Counted from the stretch's first letter, positions 30,671 through 39,944 are shown. The stretch: DNA of 64,000 bases from Promethearchaeota archaeon (GCA_048941285.1 JBHLNS010000003.1:83736-147735), one strand, 5' to 3'. Notes: generated from the sequence alone by a model not told the origin. Numbers and translations are program-made.

Positions 30671-31651
30671 ATGGAAGCTCCGGATAAAGCAAAATATTAT
30701 GACCATGAGGAAATTGATGTAGCACCTATAAGAGAAATAGCACAGGAAGTTTTAAGTGAAGTAAGCCGAGTTATTGTAGGAAATGGTGAAATTTTACAGC
30801 AACTCTTTATAGCTTTACTTGTAAATGGGCATGTACTATTAGAAGGAGTACCAGGTCTGGGTAAAACGGTAATGGCTAAAACTTTTGCCAAAACTCTAGG
30901 TATTTCATTTCGAAGAGTTCAATTTACTCCTGATTTGTTACCTGCAGATATTACCGGTACAAAAATATTTGATCAGAATGAAGGTGCATTTGTACTTCAA
31001 AAAGGACCGCTTTTCGCTAATATGGTACTAGCTGATGAGATTAACAGAAGTGCACCTAAAACACAAGCAGCTCTACTTGAAGCTATGGCTGAACGACAGA
31101 TAACAATTGAGGGTCAGACTTTACCGCTTGAAAAACCCTTTATTGTTGTTGCAACAGAAAACCCTGTAGAAATGGAAGGGACTTATCCACTACCAGAAGC
31201 TCAAGTTGATCGATTCTTATTTAAACTATGGTTAGATTATCCTGAACAAGACGAAGAAGTAGAAATTATGCGACGGCAAATTTCAGGTGAATCACCATCA
31301 GTTGAAATAATCACAACTGGCGAAGAAATCCTCGCAGCACAGAAAATTATGAATTTAGTCTATATTGACGATCGAATTTTAAAATATGTTCGTGATATCA
31401 TTTTAAAAACTAGAAATCATCCTCAGATAGCCCTTGGTTGTGGGCCAAGAGCCAGCTTAACCCTTATGAAGTGTGCTAAAGCCCGTGCTGCAATACTAGG
31501 CCGATCATACGTGACTCCTGATGATGTACGAGCATTAATCGTACCAGCATTAAATCACAGAATTCTTCTAAAACCAGAAGCAGAATTGGAAGGACTTGAT
31601 ACAAAGGCTGTTCTAAAATCAATTGTTGAAGAAATACCAATCCCTATCTAA
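30671..31651 (+). CDS. moxR: MoxR-family AAA+ ATPase.
   Basis: Walker A LLEGVPGLGKT is followed by FRRVQFTPDLLPADITG. Walker B VLADEINRSAPKTQAALLEAMAERQITIEG is present. Length is 326 aa. Confidence 0.9.
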   Translation: MEAPDKAKYYDHEEIDVAPIREIAQEVLSEVSRVIVGNGEILQQLFIALLVNGHVLLEGVPGLGKTVMAKTFAKTLGISFRRVQFTPDLLPADITGTKIFDQNEGAFVLQKGPLFANMVLADEINRSAPKTQAALLEAMAERQITIEGQTLPLEKPFIVVATENPVEMEGTYPLPEAQVDRFLFKLWLDYPEQDEEVEIMRRQISGESPSVEIITTGEEILAAQKIMNLVYIDDRILKYVRDIILKTRNHPQIALGCGPRASLTLMKCAKARAAILGRSYVTPDDVRALIVPALNHRILLKPEAELEGLDTKAVLKSIVEEIPIPI

Positions 31652-31866
31652 ACCAATTTTTTTATGGTAAAGTATTTAATCATAATTGGAACAAAAAATA
31701 TTAAGCAAGGTGGAGTTTTATACTAGGAGGTAAAGGTAGAAGTTTAATTTTATTTGCTGTTTTTTTTCTTACAGCTGGATTTGCATTTGTAAATTATTTC
31801 TTAATTTATTTCGCAATTTTACTATTATTTAGTACTATCATTAGTTTACCAATTTTCTATTATAAA

Positions 31867-33048
31867 ATGAATATAGAAGAATTACGAGTGCATAGAGAAC
31901 TTGAAAAGGAAAAAATATTCAAAGATGATTTCGTTCATGTCAAAGTAGTAATAGAGAATATTGGACGCAACAGTTTTGATTTTATTGAAATAAGAGATAA
32001 CTACAATCCTCAACTTTTTAGGTTAATTTTAGGTGAAAATTTTATCTCTACTAGAATTGGCCCAAAAGATCTAATTAAATTTTCTTATGTCCTTGAGCCA
32101 AAAGTAAGAGGAGAATACGCTCTTGGGCCTTTATCAATTATTGTGAAAGATAGATTAGGATTTAATTCAGTTGAAAGAATCGTACCAGATAGTGTTACTG
32201 ATATTCTCATTTATCCGCCTTATGAAGACATTAAAAGAATTGAAATTTTAGGTTCAAAACGATCTTTGCAATTAAATTATGGATTACAAAGATCGAAGCA
32301 GAAAGGTCTTGGATCAGAGTTTTATGGAATGAGGAAATATGTTTTTGGAGATCAATTCAGATTGATAGATTGGAAAGCAAGTGCTCGATCTCAGACCTTA
32401 ATCGTAAAGGAATATGAAAGTGAAAGGGATGTAACTGTAATGATTATAGTAGATTCATCAGATACAATGGCAGGAGGAGCAATTGAAAATACAAAATTTG
32501 AATATGCAATAAGGGCCTGTATGCTTCTAACAAAAGTAGCATTGACACGAAGAGATAATGTAGGAGTTTTTACTTTTTCAGATAAGAAGAATTTAAATTT
32601 TTTAAGACCGAATAGTGGAGAAGACCATTTTTATAAAGTTCTAGATTTTGTCGCAAGGATTAAACCTCAAGGAAGGTGTAAATTCATTGAAGCTATGGAT
32701 AATTTCACAAAACGCTTTCAAAAACGAAGTTTAGTTTTTGTTATATCTGATTTGGAAGCAAATCCTAAGGATATTTCTGAGGCTGTTAGAAAGTTAGTCC
32801 CATTTAACCATACTATTATAATTATTAATCCATTCAGCCCTTGGTTTGAAATTCATGAAGTAGACTTATCTTCAACAGATAAAGCATTAGCAGAAGCAAT
32901 TAGTGAAGAGATGATGGAACACATTTTATCTATTAGACAAAACCTTCGAAACTTAGGAATTAATATAATAACTTGTGGACCTGATGATATGATGAATCAA
33001 GTTTTGAGTAATTATATGGAAGCAAAAAAAAAGGGGAAGGCGTATTAA
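31867..33048 (+). CDS. DUF58 (vWA-like) protein. The annotated ATG probably truncates a membrane-anchoring N-terminus (see findings).
   Basis: The DUF58 signature FYGMRKYVFGDQFRLIDWKASARSQTLIVKEYESERD is followed by a vWA-like IIVDSSDTM. The 162 nt upstream are in frame, stop-free and hydrophobic. Confidence 0.8.
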   Translation: MNIEELRVHRELEKEKIFKDDFVHVKVVIENIGRNSFDFIEIRDNYNPQLFRLILGENFISTRIGPKDLIKFSYVLEPKVRGEYALGPLSIIVKDRLGFNSVERIVPDSVTDILIYPPYEDIKRIEILGSKRSLQLNYGLQRSKQKGLGSEFYGMRKYVFGDQFRLIDWKASARSQTLIVKEYESERDVTVMIIVDSSDTMAGGAIENTKFEYAIRACMLLTKVALTRRDNVGVFTFSDKKNLNFLRPNSGEDHFYKVLDFVARIKPQGRCKFIEAMDNFTKRFQKRSLVFVISDLEANPKDISEAVRKLVPFNHTIIIINPFSPWFEIHEVDLSSTDKALAEAISEEMMEHILSIRQNLRNLGINIITCGPDDMMNQVLSNYMEAKKKGKAY

Positions 33049-33051
33049 GAA

Positions 33052-34518
33052 ATGGCTCGTGGGTATTTATTATCACTAAAGATAATCAATCTTGCCGTAT
33101 TCTCCTGGCTATTTATTATTTTCCTTACTTCAATTTTTGATTTTAATGCTGTAGTTGTAACAGCAGATAATCAATTCGTGATATTTGCCTTTTTAGGAGC
33201 ATTAAAAAATGTTTTCTCATATTTGATTTATGGATTATTTTTCGTTATTGCTTATGGCTTAGCTTTTATTTTTGGAGGTGTTTTTAACAGCTATTTGTTT
33301 AATTTTGTTGAGGGTTTTTTTCAGGGATATTTGAGTAAATGGTTTTCAATTCCTCAACCAGAATTGCAAAACATTCCTACTTTAATATTAAACGAGTTAG
33401 GCGTCCTTTTTAATGATTTTTATTTATTTATTTTTCAAATTTTATTTGTTATTTCAATCATTTATGCTATTAGAGGTTTCTTCAAAAGTGATCCAAGAAA
33501 TTCTTTTATTGCAATCGGATCAATCGTACTTATGATTATAGTTCCTCTAATGGTTGTTGGGTTAAAAGAGATGTTAAATCTTTTTATAGGAAATCTCCCT
33601 CCAGAAAGTAGACCAGATTATGTACAATATATTTATGAAATGGCTTCAACGAATCCTCTCAATGACAGCCTAACTCAAATTCCTATTGATAATTTGTTCC
33701 AGTTTTTAGCAAATCCAGTTATTTTATTTGCTATAATATCATATGTTTATCTCGAATTAACATTTCAAATTAATTACGCTGATACGGTTACTAAACCTTC
33801 ATTAGAGAGAAGTGAAAGATTGGAAGCTCAACTGAATATTCTAGCAAGAGAATCACATTTTATCACTGCTAATATTGATAAAATAAAAACGGAAGCCAAG
33901 GAAAGAATGAAAGAAATTGAAGCAGAGCAACAAGAAGATTTGATTGTTGGGAAATTTTTTGCAAAGACAGGTAAGCGATTTTCCTATGTAAAAGAAATGA
34001 TAGAAAAGAAAAAATTAGAGGAAGAGGAAAAAAAATTAGTAACAGCAGCTTCAAAAACGAGAAGACTTGGGCGGTATATAGATCGTCTATTTCGAGAAGA
34101 TCCTGAAGCAAGAGATACATTAACTGCAAGTTCTTCTGCTCCTAGAGCTCGTAATTTAGCAACATCTACATTATTTAACTTTATTTATCGCGTAGGTTTA
34201 CTTATGATCATAAGTTTTATCATTATTCACCCACATTGGTTTTTGGCTACAGTTATTCAATTACCGGATGCAATTACCGAAAGTGTTGCAATGTATTCTC
34301 CCGAAGTCATTATTATCTTACTCCTGCCAATTATGTTAATTTTTCCAGTAATATCAAAATTAATTTCGTTTATCAAACATAGAAATTTGATAATTCGATT
34401 ACAACAAGAAGGACGGATAAAGGAACTTCTGATTTCAGTTGGAGATTATGTTATAAAGGAAGAAGCTAAAGCTGCTATGGACGAACAAACTGAAGAAGTA
34501 GTAACTGAATCTACCTAA
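33052..34518 (+). CDS. Polytopic membrane protein with a central charged coiled-coil loop. Function is unknown and it is the last gene of the MoxR cluster.
   Basis: It starts 3 nt after the DUF58 stop. There are about 6 N-terminal TM spans, a K/E-rich helical segment (KTEAKERMKEIEAEQQED..KKKLEEEEKK) and 2-3 C-terminal TM spans. Confidence 0.45.
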   Translation: MARGYLLSLKIINLAVFSWLFIIFLTSIFDFNAVVVTADNQFVIFAFLGALKNVFSYLIYGLFFVIAYGLAFIFGGVFNSYLFNFVEGFFQGYLSKWFSIPQPELQNIPTLILNELGVLFNDFYLFIFQILFVISIIYAIRGFFKSDPRNSFIAIGSIVLMIIVPLMVVGLKEMLNLFIGNLPPESRPDYVQYIYEMASTNPLNDSLTQIPIDNLFQFLANPVILFAIISYVYLELTFQINYADTVTKPSLERSERLEAQLNILARESHFITANIDKIKTEAKERMKEIEAEQQEDLIVGKFFAKTGKRFSYVKEMIEKKKLEEEEKKLVTAASKTRRLGRYIDRLFREDPEARDTLTASSSAPRARNLATSTLFNFIYRVGLLMIISFIIIHPHWFLATVIQLPDAITESVAMYSPEVIIILLLPIMLIFPVISKLISFIKHRNLIIRLQQEGRIKELLISVGDYVIKEEAKAAMDEQTEEVVTEST

Positions 34519-34536
34519 ATGTTTTTCTTTTTCTAA

Positions 34537-35466
34537 TTATAAACTTAACACAAAATTAGCTAAATTTATCTTTTTTTTTTTATTTATCATTAAAGTATCA
34601 AAACAATAAGTCCTAATTCCCAATTCTTCAATTTTAGCTTTAAGCTCACAATCCTTATTATCTATAATAAAATTTCCTAAAAATTCATCATAAAAACTTG
34701 CAACTCCTACACACGAGACTTCGAATCCATAAAACTTCATCATCTTATCTGCTGGGCCTTTAACAGTGGTACCTTCTATAATTGGACTTATCCCAAAAAC
34801 TTTATCTTTGGCTTTAGAAAGTGCATCCTTCAATCCTTTCACTTGGAGTATAGTTCCTATTGATACAATTGGATTGGATGGACAAATTATTACTTTATTA
34901 GCTCGTTTTATATATTCTAATACATTTTTAACAGGTAATGCCTGTTCGATTCCTTTAAATTCAATATTAAGAATTTCAGGTAAACATTTATACTTAATAA
35001 AGTATTCTTCGAAATGCATTGATCCTAATGGTGTTTTAATAAAGGTCTGGACTGTTTCATTCGACATTGGAATAATATGAGATTTAACACCTAAATTTTG
35101 ACATATCATTTTGGTTATCTCTGCCTTGTTAAAACCTTGTTTGAATAAATCGGTACGATAAATGTGAGTAGCTAGATCTTTATCACCAGCATTAAACCAT
35201 CCGCTATCATAATATTTCTTTAAAATACTTAAGCAATTAAAAGATTCATTAGTAAAGCCCCATCCCTTTTTCTTATCAACCGAATTTGCTAAAGTATAAG
35301 TTATTATATCTAAATCAGGGCAAATTTTAAGGCCAAATAAGTCAATATCATCACCAGTATTTACAATAATTTTAATTAATTCTGGTTCGATTACTTTCGC
35401 TAATCCCTGAATAAATTTCGCTGCTCCTATTCCTCCCGCTAAAAGCACATAATAATTTTCACTCAT
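34537..35466 (-). CDS. cofD: 2-phospho-L-lactate (or EPPG) transferase CofD, coenzyme F420 biosynthesis.
   Basis: The N-terminus VLLAGGIGAAKFIQGL is followed by NTGDD and CPSNPIVSIGTIL, which match CofD family signatures. Length is 309 aa. Confidence 0.8.
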   Translation of the reverse strand: MSENYYVLLAGGIGAAKFIQGLAKVIEPELIKIIVNTGDDIDLFGLKICPDLDIITYTLANSVDKKKGWGFTNESFNCLSILKKYYDSGWFNAGDKDLATHIYRTDLFKQGFNKAEITKMICQNLGVKSHIIPMSNETVQTFIKTPLGSMHFEEYFIKYKCLPEILNIEFKGIEQALPVKNVLEYIKRANKVIICPSNPIVSIGTILQVKGLKDALSKAKDKVFGISPIIEGTTVKGPADKMMKFYGFEVSCVGVASFYDEFLGNFIIDNKDCELKAKIEELGIRTYCFDTLMINKKKKINLANFVLSL

Positions 35467-35472
35467 AACTTA

Positions 35473-36891
35473 TTACCATTGAGTATTGCATTCATATATT
35501 ATTTCCTTTAAACTTTTACGCTTCGGGGCTTGAATAGTTTTCAAAGGGTATCCAACAGTAAAAAATGCCATGGGAATATATGTTTCAGGAAGTATTAAAT
35601 TTTTTCTTATTGTATTCTTAGCAAAAAGAGGAGCACAATACCAGCACGCTGCCAATTTTCTCATCTCAAATGCTAGGAGTAAGTAAGTTGCTGAACTACT
35701 GATACTTTGGATCCCTAAAATGAATTCATTTTGTGCCCTTTCTGGATCAGCATATTTTTCTAAATCTGAAGTATCTAAGCACAATAAAATTAAAATGGGG
35801 GCATCTATAAAATTATTTCTTGTTTTTTCCACCTTAGACATAATAAAATCTTTTGATTTTCCGTCTTTCTCTAAATCGAGTCTTAATTTTTCATTCATTT
35901 TTTCTATTAAAACATTACGGATCTTACCTTTTTCAAATATTATATATCTCCAAAATTGTCCATTATGCGCACTTGGAGCCCATTTAGCAAGGTCAATGCA
36001 TTCTTCAATAATTTTTTTTTTAACATTTCTTTGTGAAAACGCTATTTTGTAACTCCTCCGATTTTTTAGTAATTCATTCATTCTTGTTTCTTCATTGTAC
36101 AAAAACAAATCATCTTCCTTCCTTCTTAGAATATGTTTAATTGAAGTCTTCTCATTAAATTCAAAATTATATCCTCTTATTAAAACAATTGGAATACCTT
36201 CATCTGATTCTCCCATAACTAATTGTGCGGCAGCAGCAAGACTATCAACCTGTCCAATAATAGTTGTTTGAAGTTGATGACCAAATAGATCTTTCTTTCC
36301 TCGCATATCTAAAATTGGATTTATTCCTGAAACTCCAATAGCAGTTCCAACGGCTCCTAATCTAAAAGGTCTACCAAATGAATCAGATATAATAACTGCA
36401 ATCTCTTTTTTAGTTATTTTTTTCAACATTTTTCTTATTTTCTCGGCATCTTTATCTGGGTTTTCTGGTAACAAACTTACAAATCCTTCACCCTCAATGT
36501 TGGACTTATCTATACCCGCATCAGCACAAATGAATCCATGTTTAGTTTCAGTGATCAAAACATGTTCATGCTTTACAATTTTCTTAGACTCATCTAATAT
36601 TAATTGTATCAATTCCGGTTTTTTTTCTGGTAATCCATGATTTTTTGCTTTTTGCTTCAATACTTTGTATAATTCAATAGCTCTTTCACTTGGTATTATA
36701 TCATTCAAATTTCTTGTTGTACCATTACTTTTAGAAATGATTGTTTGAGCAATGATAATAATATCGCCTTCTTGTAAAATTAATTTATTTCGACTTAAAG
36801 CATCTATTATAATTTCAGAGAGATTGTCCCCTTTTTTAATTATAGGAATTTCTTTTAAACCAATAATTTTAACTTCATCTTTAAAATTCAT
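35473..36891 (-). CDS. cofE: F420-0:gamma-glutamyl ligase (CofE) fused to a C-terminal nitroreductase-like domain (FbiB-type architecture).
   Basis: The N-terminal half has IPIIKKGDNLSEII and ICADAGIDKSN (CofE). The C-terminal half has RRSYKIAFSQ..LAKWAPSAHNGQFWRYIIF (nitroreductase fold signature). Confidence 0.75.
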   Translation of the reverse strand: MNFKDEVKIIGLKEIPIIKKGDNLSEIIIDALSRNKLILQEGDIIIIAQTIISKSNGTTRNLNDIIPSERAIELYKVLKQKAKNHGLPEKKPELIQLILDESKKIVKHEHVLITETKHGFICADAGIDKSNIEGEGFVSLLPENPDKDAEKIRKMLKKITKKEIAVIISDSFGRPFRLGAVGTAIGVSGINPILDMRGKKDLFGHQLQTTIIGQVDSLAAAAQLVMGESDEGIPIVLIRGYNFEFNEKTSIKHILRRKEDDLFLYNEETRMNELLKNRRSYKIAFSQRNVKKKIIEECIDLAKWAPSAHNGQFWRYIIFEKGKIRNVLIEKMNEKLRLDLEKDGKSKDFIMSKVEKTRNNFIDAPILILLCLDTSDLEKYADPERAQNEFILGIQSISSSATYLLLAFEMRKLAACWYCAPLFAKNTIRKNLILPETYIPMAFFTVGYPLKTIQAPKRKSLKEIIYECNTQW

Positions 36892-36901
36892 TCTAAATCA
36901 T

Positions 36902-37957
36902 TTAGATGTTAGAGTATTTTTTAATATCTGATTTTTTACTTTGAGCTAATTCTTCAAATTTATTAGGAATTGCACAACAAGCAGAAAAAAACTCGAATTG
37001 GATTTTAGAATTATATTTTTTTAACCACCTTAAAGTTTCTTTGGATGGAATTTCAATTCTAGTTATCCCCGCTTTAATAGCTGCTTTTTCAATTTCAGTT
37101 TTAAATTTTCCTCTGGGTCTCATGCATCCTAAAGATATCTCTGTTTTAGGAAAAGCAATTCTTACAATTGCTATAACTTTTGCAATATCTTCCGGAGTAG
37201 GGGACTCAAATTTGATCTTCGAAACCTTAGGAGGTATTAATACAATAATTACTATTAGAGATGGATTAATTTTAGAATCTTTAATAAATCTTATAGATTC
37301 TAATTCTTTATTGAGTTTTCCATAATGTAAACCAATACATATATGGGGTACAATATTTAAATTGTATTTCTTTAATATTTCTATTGCTCTTTTATATTCC
37401 TTTAATTCAATATCCAAATGATAAATGTTCTTTACAACTGCTTCATCCATATTTATATCAAAGGATACTATATCAACATTTGCATCAACAAGCTTCTGTG
37501 CCGTTTCTTCATTTAGTAACCCTGTATGGGTATTTATAATTAAATTTGTATCTTCTTTCACTTTTTTAATAGTATCTAAAAATTTTAATAATGGAACTGA
37601 CCCATCAACCATACTTCCTCCTGATATTAAAGCACCTACTCCACTTTTACCAGAAAGTTTCATCAAAAATTGTTCTAGCTCCTTATTTGTCAATATAGGC
37701 TTCATCCCTTCCAAATATTTCTTGTTACAATGTTCACATTCTAAAGCACATTCACTCCCCGTAATACTGATTGCTGGAAATTTTATAGTGGGAATATAAA
37801 TTTTTAAAACATTATTAAAGTTGGTGCGAGTAATCTTTTGAGAAAGATTAAAGAGTTGGTCTAAATCTTCAGATTTCAGTTCTAACAATTTCTGAAAATC
37901 TTCCCATGATACGGATTCAGATCTTAATTTCTCTAAAAATTTTTGAGTATTATTCAT
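36902..37957 (-). CDS. Radical SAM protein, candidate LipS-type lipoyl synthase component.
   Basis: CALECEHC is a CX3CX2C cluster motif. The start overlaps the stop of the lipoate-protein ligase gene by 8 nt. Confidence 0.5.
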   Translation of the reverse strand: MNNTQKFLEKLRSESVSWEDFQKLLELKSEDLDQLFNLSQKITRTNFNNVLKIYIPTIKFPAISITGSECALECEHCNKKYLEGMKPILTNKELEQFLMKLSGKSGVGALISGGSMVDGSVPLLKFLDTIKKVKEDTNLIINTHTGLLNEETAQKLVDANVDIVSFDINMDEAVVKNIYHLDIELKEYKRAIEILKKYNLNIVPHICIGLHYGKLNKELESIRFIKDSKINPSLIVIIVLIPPKVSKIKFESPTPEDIAKVIAIVRIAFPKTEISLGCMRPRGKFKTEIEKAAIKAGITRIEIPSKETLRWLKKYNSKIQFEFFSACCAIPNKFEELAQSKKSDIKKYSNI

Positions 37958-38729
37958 ACTTCTTTAACCAATTCAAATTTGAATATTTCTCTAATATTAA
38001 TTGTTCCGCTAAATCTTTTTCCATTTCAGAAATAAGCCCATCCTTTAAAGTTATTCTCAATACTCTTTCAAATCCTTGTTTCAATGAATTAATTAGTTCG
38101 CTTTCTTGAAAATTTACGATATAATTTGCAATACCTATGCATTTAGCGCGAACAGACCTTACCATTCTTGACTTACCTACATTTGCAGGAGCTTTCAATA
38201 CGGAATACATTAAATCGGGATCAAGATCTAATAAAATGGTGCCATGTTGAAGAAGATGTCCCATCTTTCTAACTTGCGCATTTCCAGAGAACTTTTTTCC
38301 ATCTAGTAAGATAGCAGGGCAATGAATAATATCTTTTTCTGTATTTAGTCCAAAGATATTTAAACCCTTAATTATCCCCTGAGTAATAATCTCAAATTGT
38401 TCTATTACCTTATTAGCACCCAAATTCTCAAGAAATTTAATAGGACACACAACTGAATATGTAATTTCTCTAGTTTCGTCGTGAAAAACAGCACCCCCCC
38501 CAGTAATGCGTCTTACAATTGTGAATCCTTGTTCTTCTGAAAATGGAATATTAATCTCATTCTTTAAACTCTGATTTCTTCCTATGCTAGCGGTTGAAGG
38601 TTTCCATTTATAAAACCTTAGAGTATTCAGAGATTTCCCCTCTATTACCATTCTTAAGACTGCTTCATCTAAAGCCATATTCCAAAATCCGTTATTAATT
38701 TCTAATGGTAAAAATCTCCAAACATTCAT
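37950..38729 (-). CDS. lplA: Lipoate-protein ligase / octanoyltransferase, catalytic domain only (LplA-N type).
   Basis: Motifs present are RFYKWKPSTASIGRNQ, RRITGGGAVFHD and KKFSGNAQ (catalytic Lys context). At 259 aa there is no C-terminal accessory domain. Confidence 0.75.
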   Translation of the reverse strand: MNVWRFLPLEINNGFWNMALDEAVLRMVIEGKSLNTLRFYKWKPSTASIGRNQSLKNEINIPFSEEQGFTIVRRITGGGAVFHDETREITYSVVCPIKFLENLGANKVIEQFEIITQGIIKGLNIFGLNTEKDIIHCPAILLDGKKFSGNAQVRKMGHLLQHGTILLDLDPDLMYSVLKAPANVGKSRMVRSVRAKCIGIANYIVNFQESELINSLKQGFERVLRITLKDGLISEMEKDLAEQLILEKYSNLNWLKKYE

Positions 38730-38745
38730 TTTTTGTAATAGAATT

Positions 38746-39756
38746 TTATTTTACAAATTTATATAGTAGTTGGTATAATTCTAATTTTTCATTTTCAGTT
38801 AATGCTCTTGGATAATTATATATTGGACCTGATGGTTTAGATGTGTAATAAGGGCGATTACAATTAGGGCATCCTGAAGTTAAAAAAGCACTTGTATTAT
38901 TAATAATCCAATCAAGGTCTTTTTTACTGATATTGAAGTTAATTATTCGACCTCCCTTATTAAATGTAATATCTTTTAAATCTCTTTTATTATTAAAGAT
39001 CAAATATCTTCCTAGCTGTAATTTTCTATAATTTAAAATTTTAGGTTGCTCCATATTTTCAAATTTTGTACCTTTTATAGGCGTAAAGGCAAACAATGAG
39101 ACAATAATCCCTAATTTATATAATTTGTCAATAAGATGAATTACCTGTTTTTCTGTTTCTTCCAACCCGATAATTATATGCGTACTAACAAATCCAGGCG
39201 AAAAAATTTCAAGGGCTTCATTTAATTTTTGAAAATGTTCTTCCCATGTATAAGGACCCCCGATTTTGCAACCTTTAATCTTTTCAAAAACTTCAGATGT
39301 GGCACCATCTAAAGCAATTCCCACTCTTTCAACCCCTTTATTTTTGAGTTCTTTCAATTGTTGCTTTAAGAAAGGAGGAATGGCAACCGATATTGGAATA
39401 TCAGTATAAGTTCTGATCTGGGTTATAATCTCTATTAAATCATTAAAATTCTCTGGATAATTTAGAGTTTGAATACAAATTCGTTCAAATTTTTTTGAAA
39501 ATGGCATATATTTCAATTTTGTTAGAAAATCTTTAAAGGAGAATATAGGCCAATTGACTCTAGAAAGTTTTTCTACTGAACTTTTTGATGATCGTGCTTG
39601 AGGACAAAAACCACAATTTGCAGTACAATGACCTTCCGTGAACGTCATAATATAACAGGTAGTTGGGGGAATTTTGAATTGAGGGAATACACCTAATCCT
39701 AAAACAGAAGCACTTCCAACAGAAACCCTTATTTTTTCTATTGTCATTGATCTCAC
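38746..39756 (-). CDS. Radical SAM protein (BioB-like cluster motif), candidate LipS-type lipoyl synthase component.
   Basis: GHCTANCGFCPQA is a CX3CX2C motif followed by PQ, as in BioB. The gene lies 16 nt upstream of lplA on the same strand. Confidence 0.5.
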   Translation of the reverse strand: MRSMTIEKIRVSVGSASVLGLGVFPQFKIPPTTCYIMTFTEGHCTANCGFCPQARSSKSSVEKLSRVNWPIFSFKDFLTKLKYMPFSKKFERICIQTLNYPENFNDLIEIITQIRTYTDIPISVAIPPFLKQQLKELKNKGVERVGIALDGATSEVFEKIKGCKIGGPYTWEEHFQKLNEALEIFSPGFVSTHIIIGLEETEKQVIHLIDKLYKLGIIVSLFAFTPIKGTKFENMEQPKILNYRKLQLGRYLIFNNKRDLKDITFNKGGRIINFNISKKDLDWIINNTSAFLTSGCPNCNRPYYTSKPSGPIYNYPRALTENEKLELYQLLYKFVK

Positions 39757-39944
39757 TAGTAAATTGGTAAAATTAAGTTTTATTGCTTCAGTTTATAAAT
39801 TTTATAATCATTTTAACTAGTATTTCTTTAAGAAATATCAAGCTTTACCATTTATAAATAACGACGTAAAAAATTTATTAAATCAATTATTAAAATATTA
39901 AATATTGAGTGTATCTCCAAACTTAAGAAAAGTGTTATAATTTT

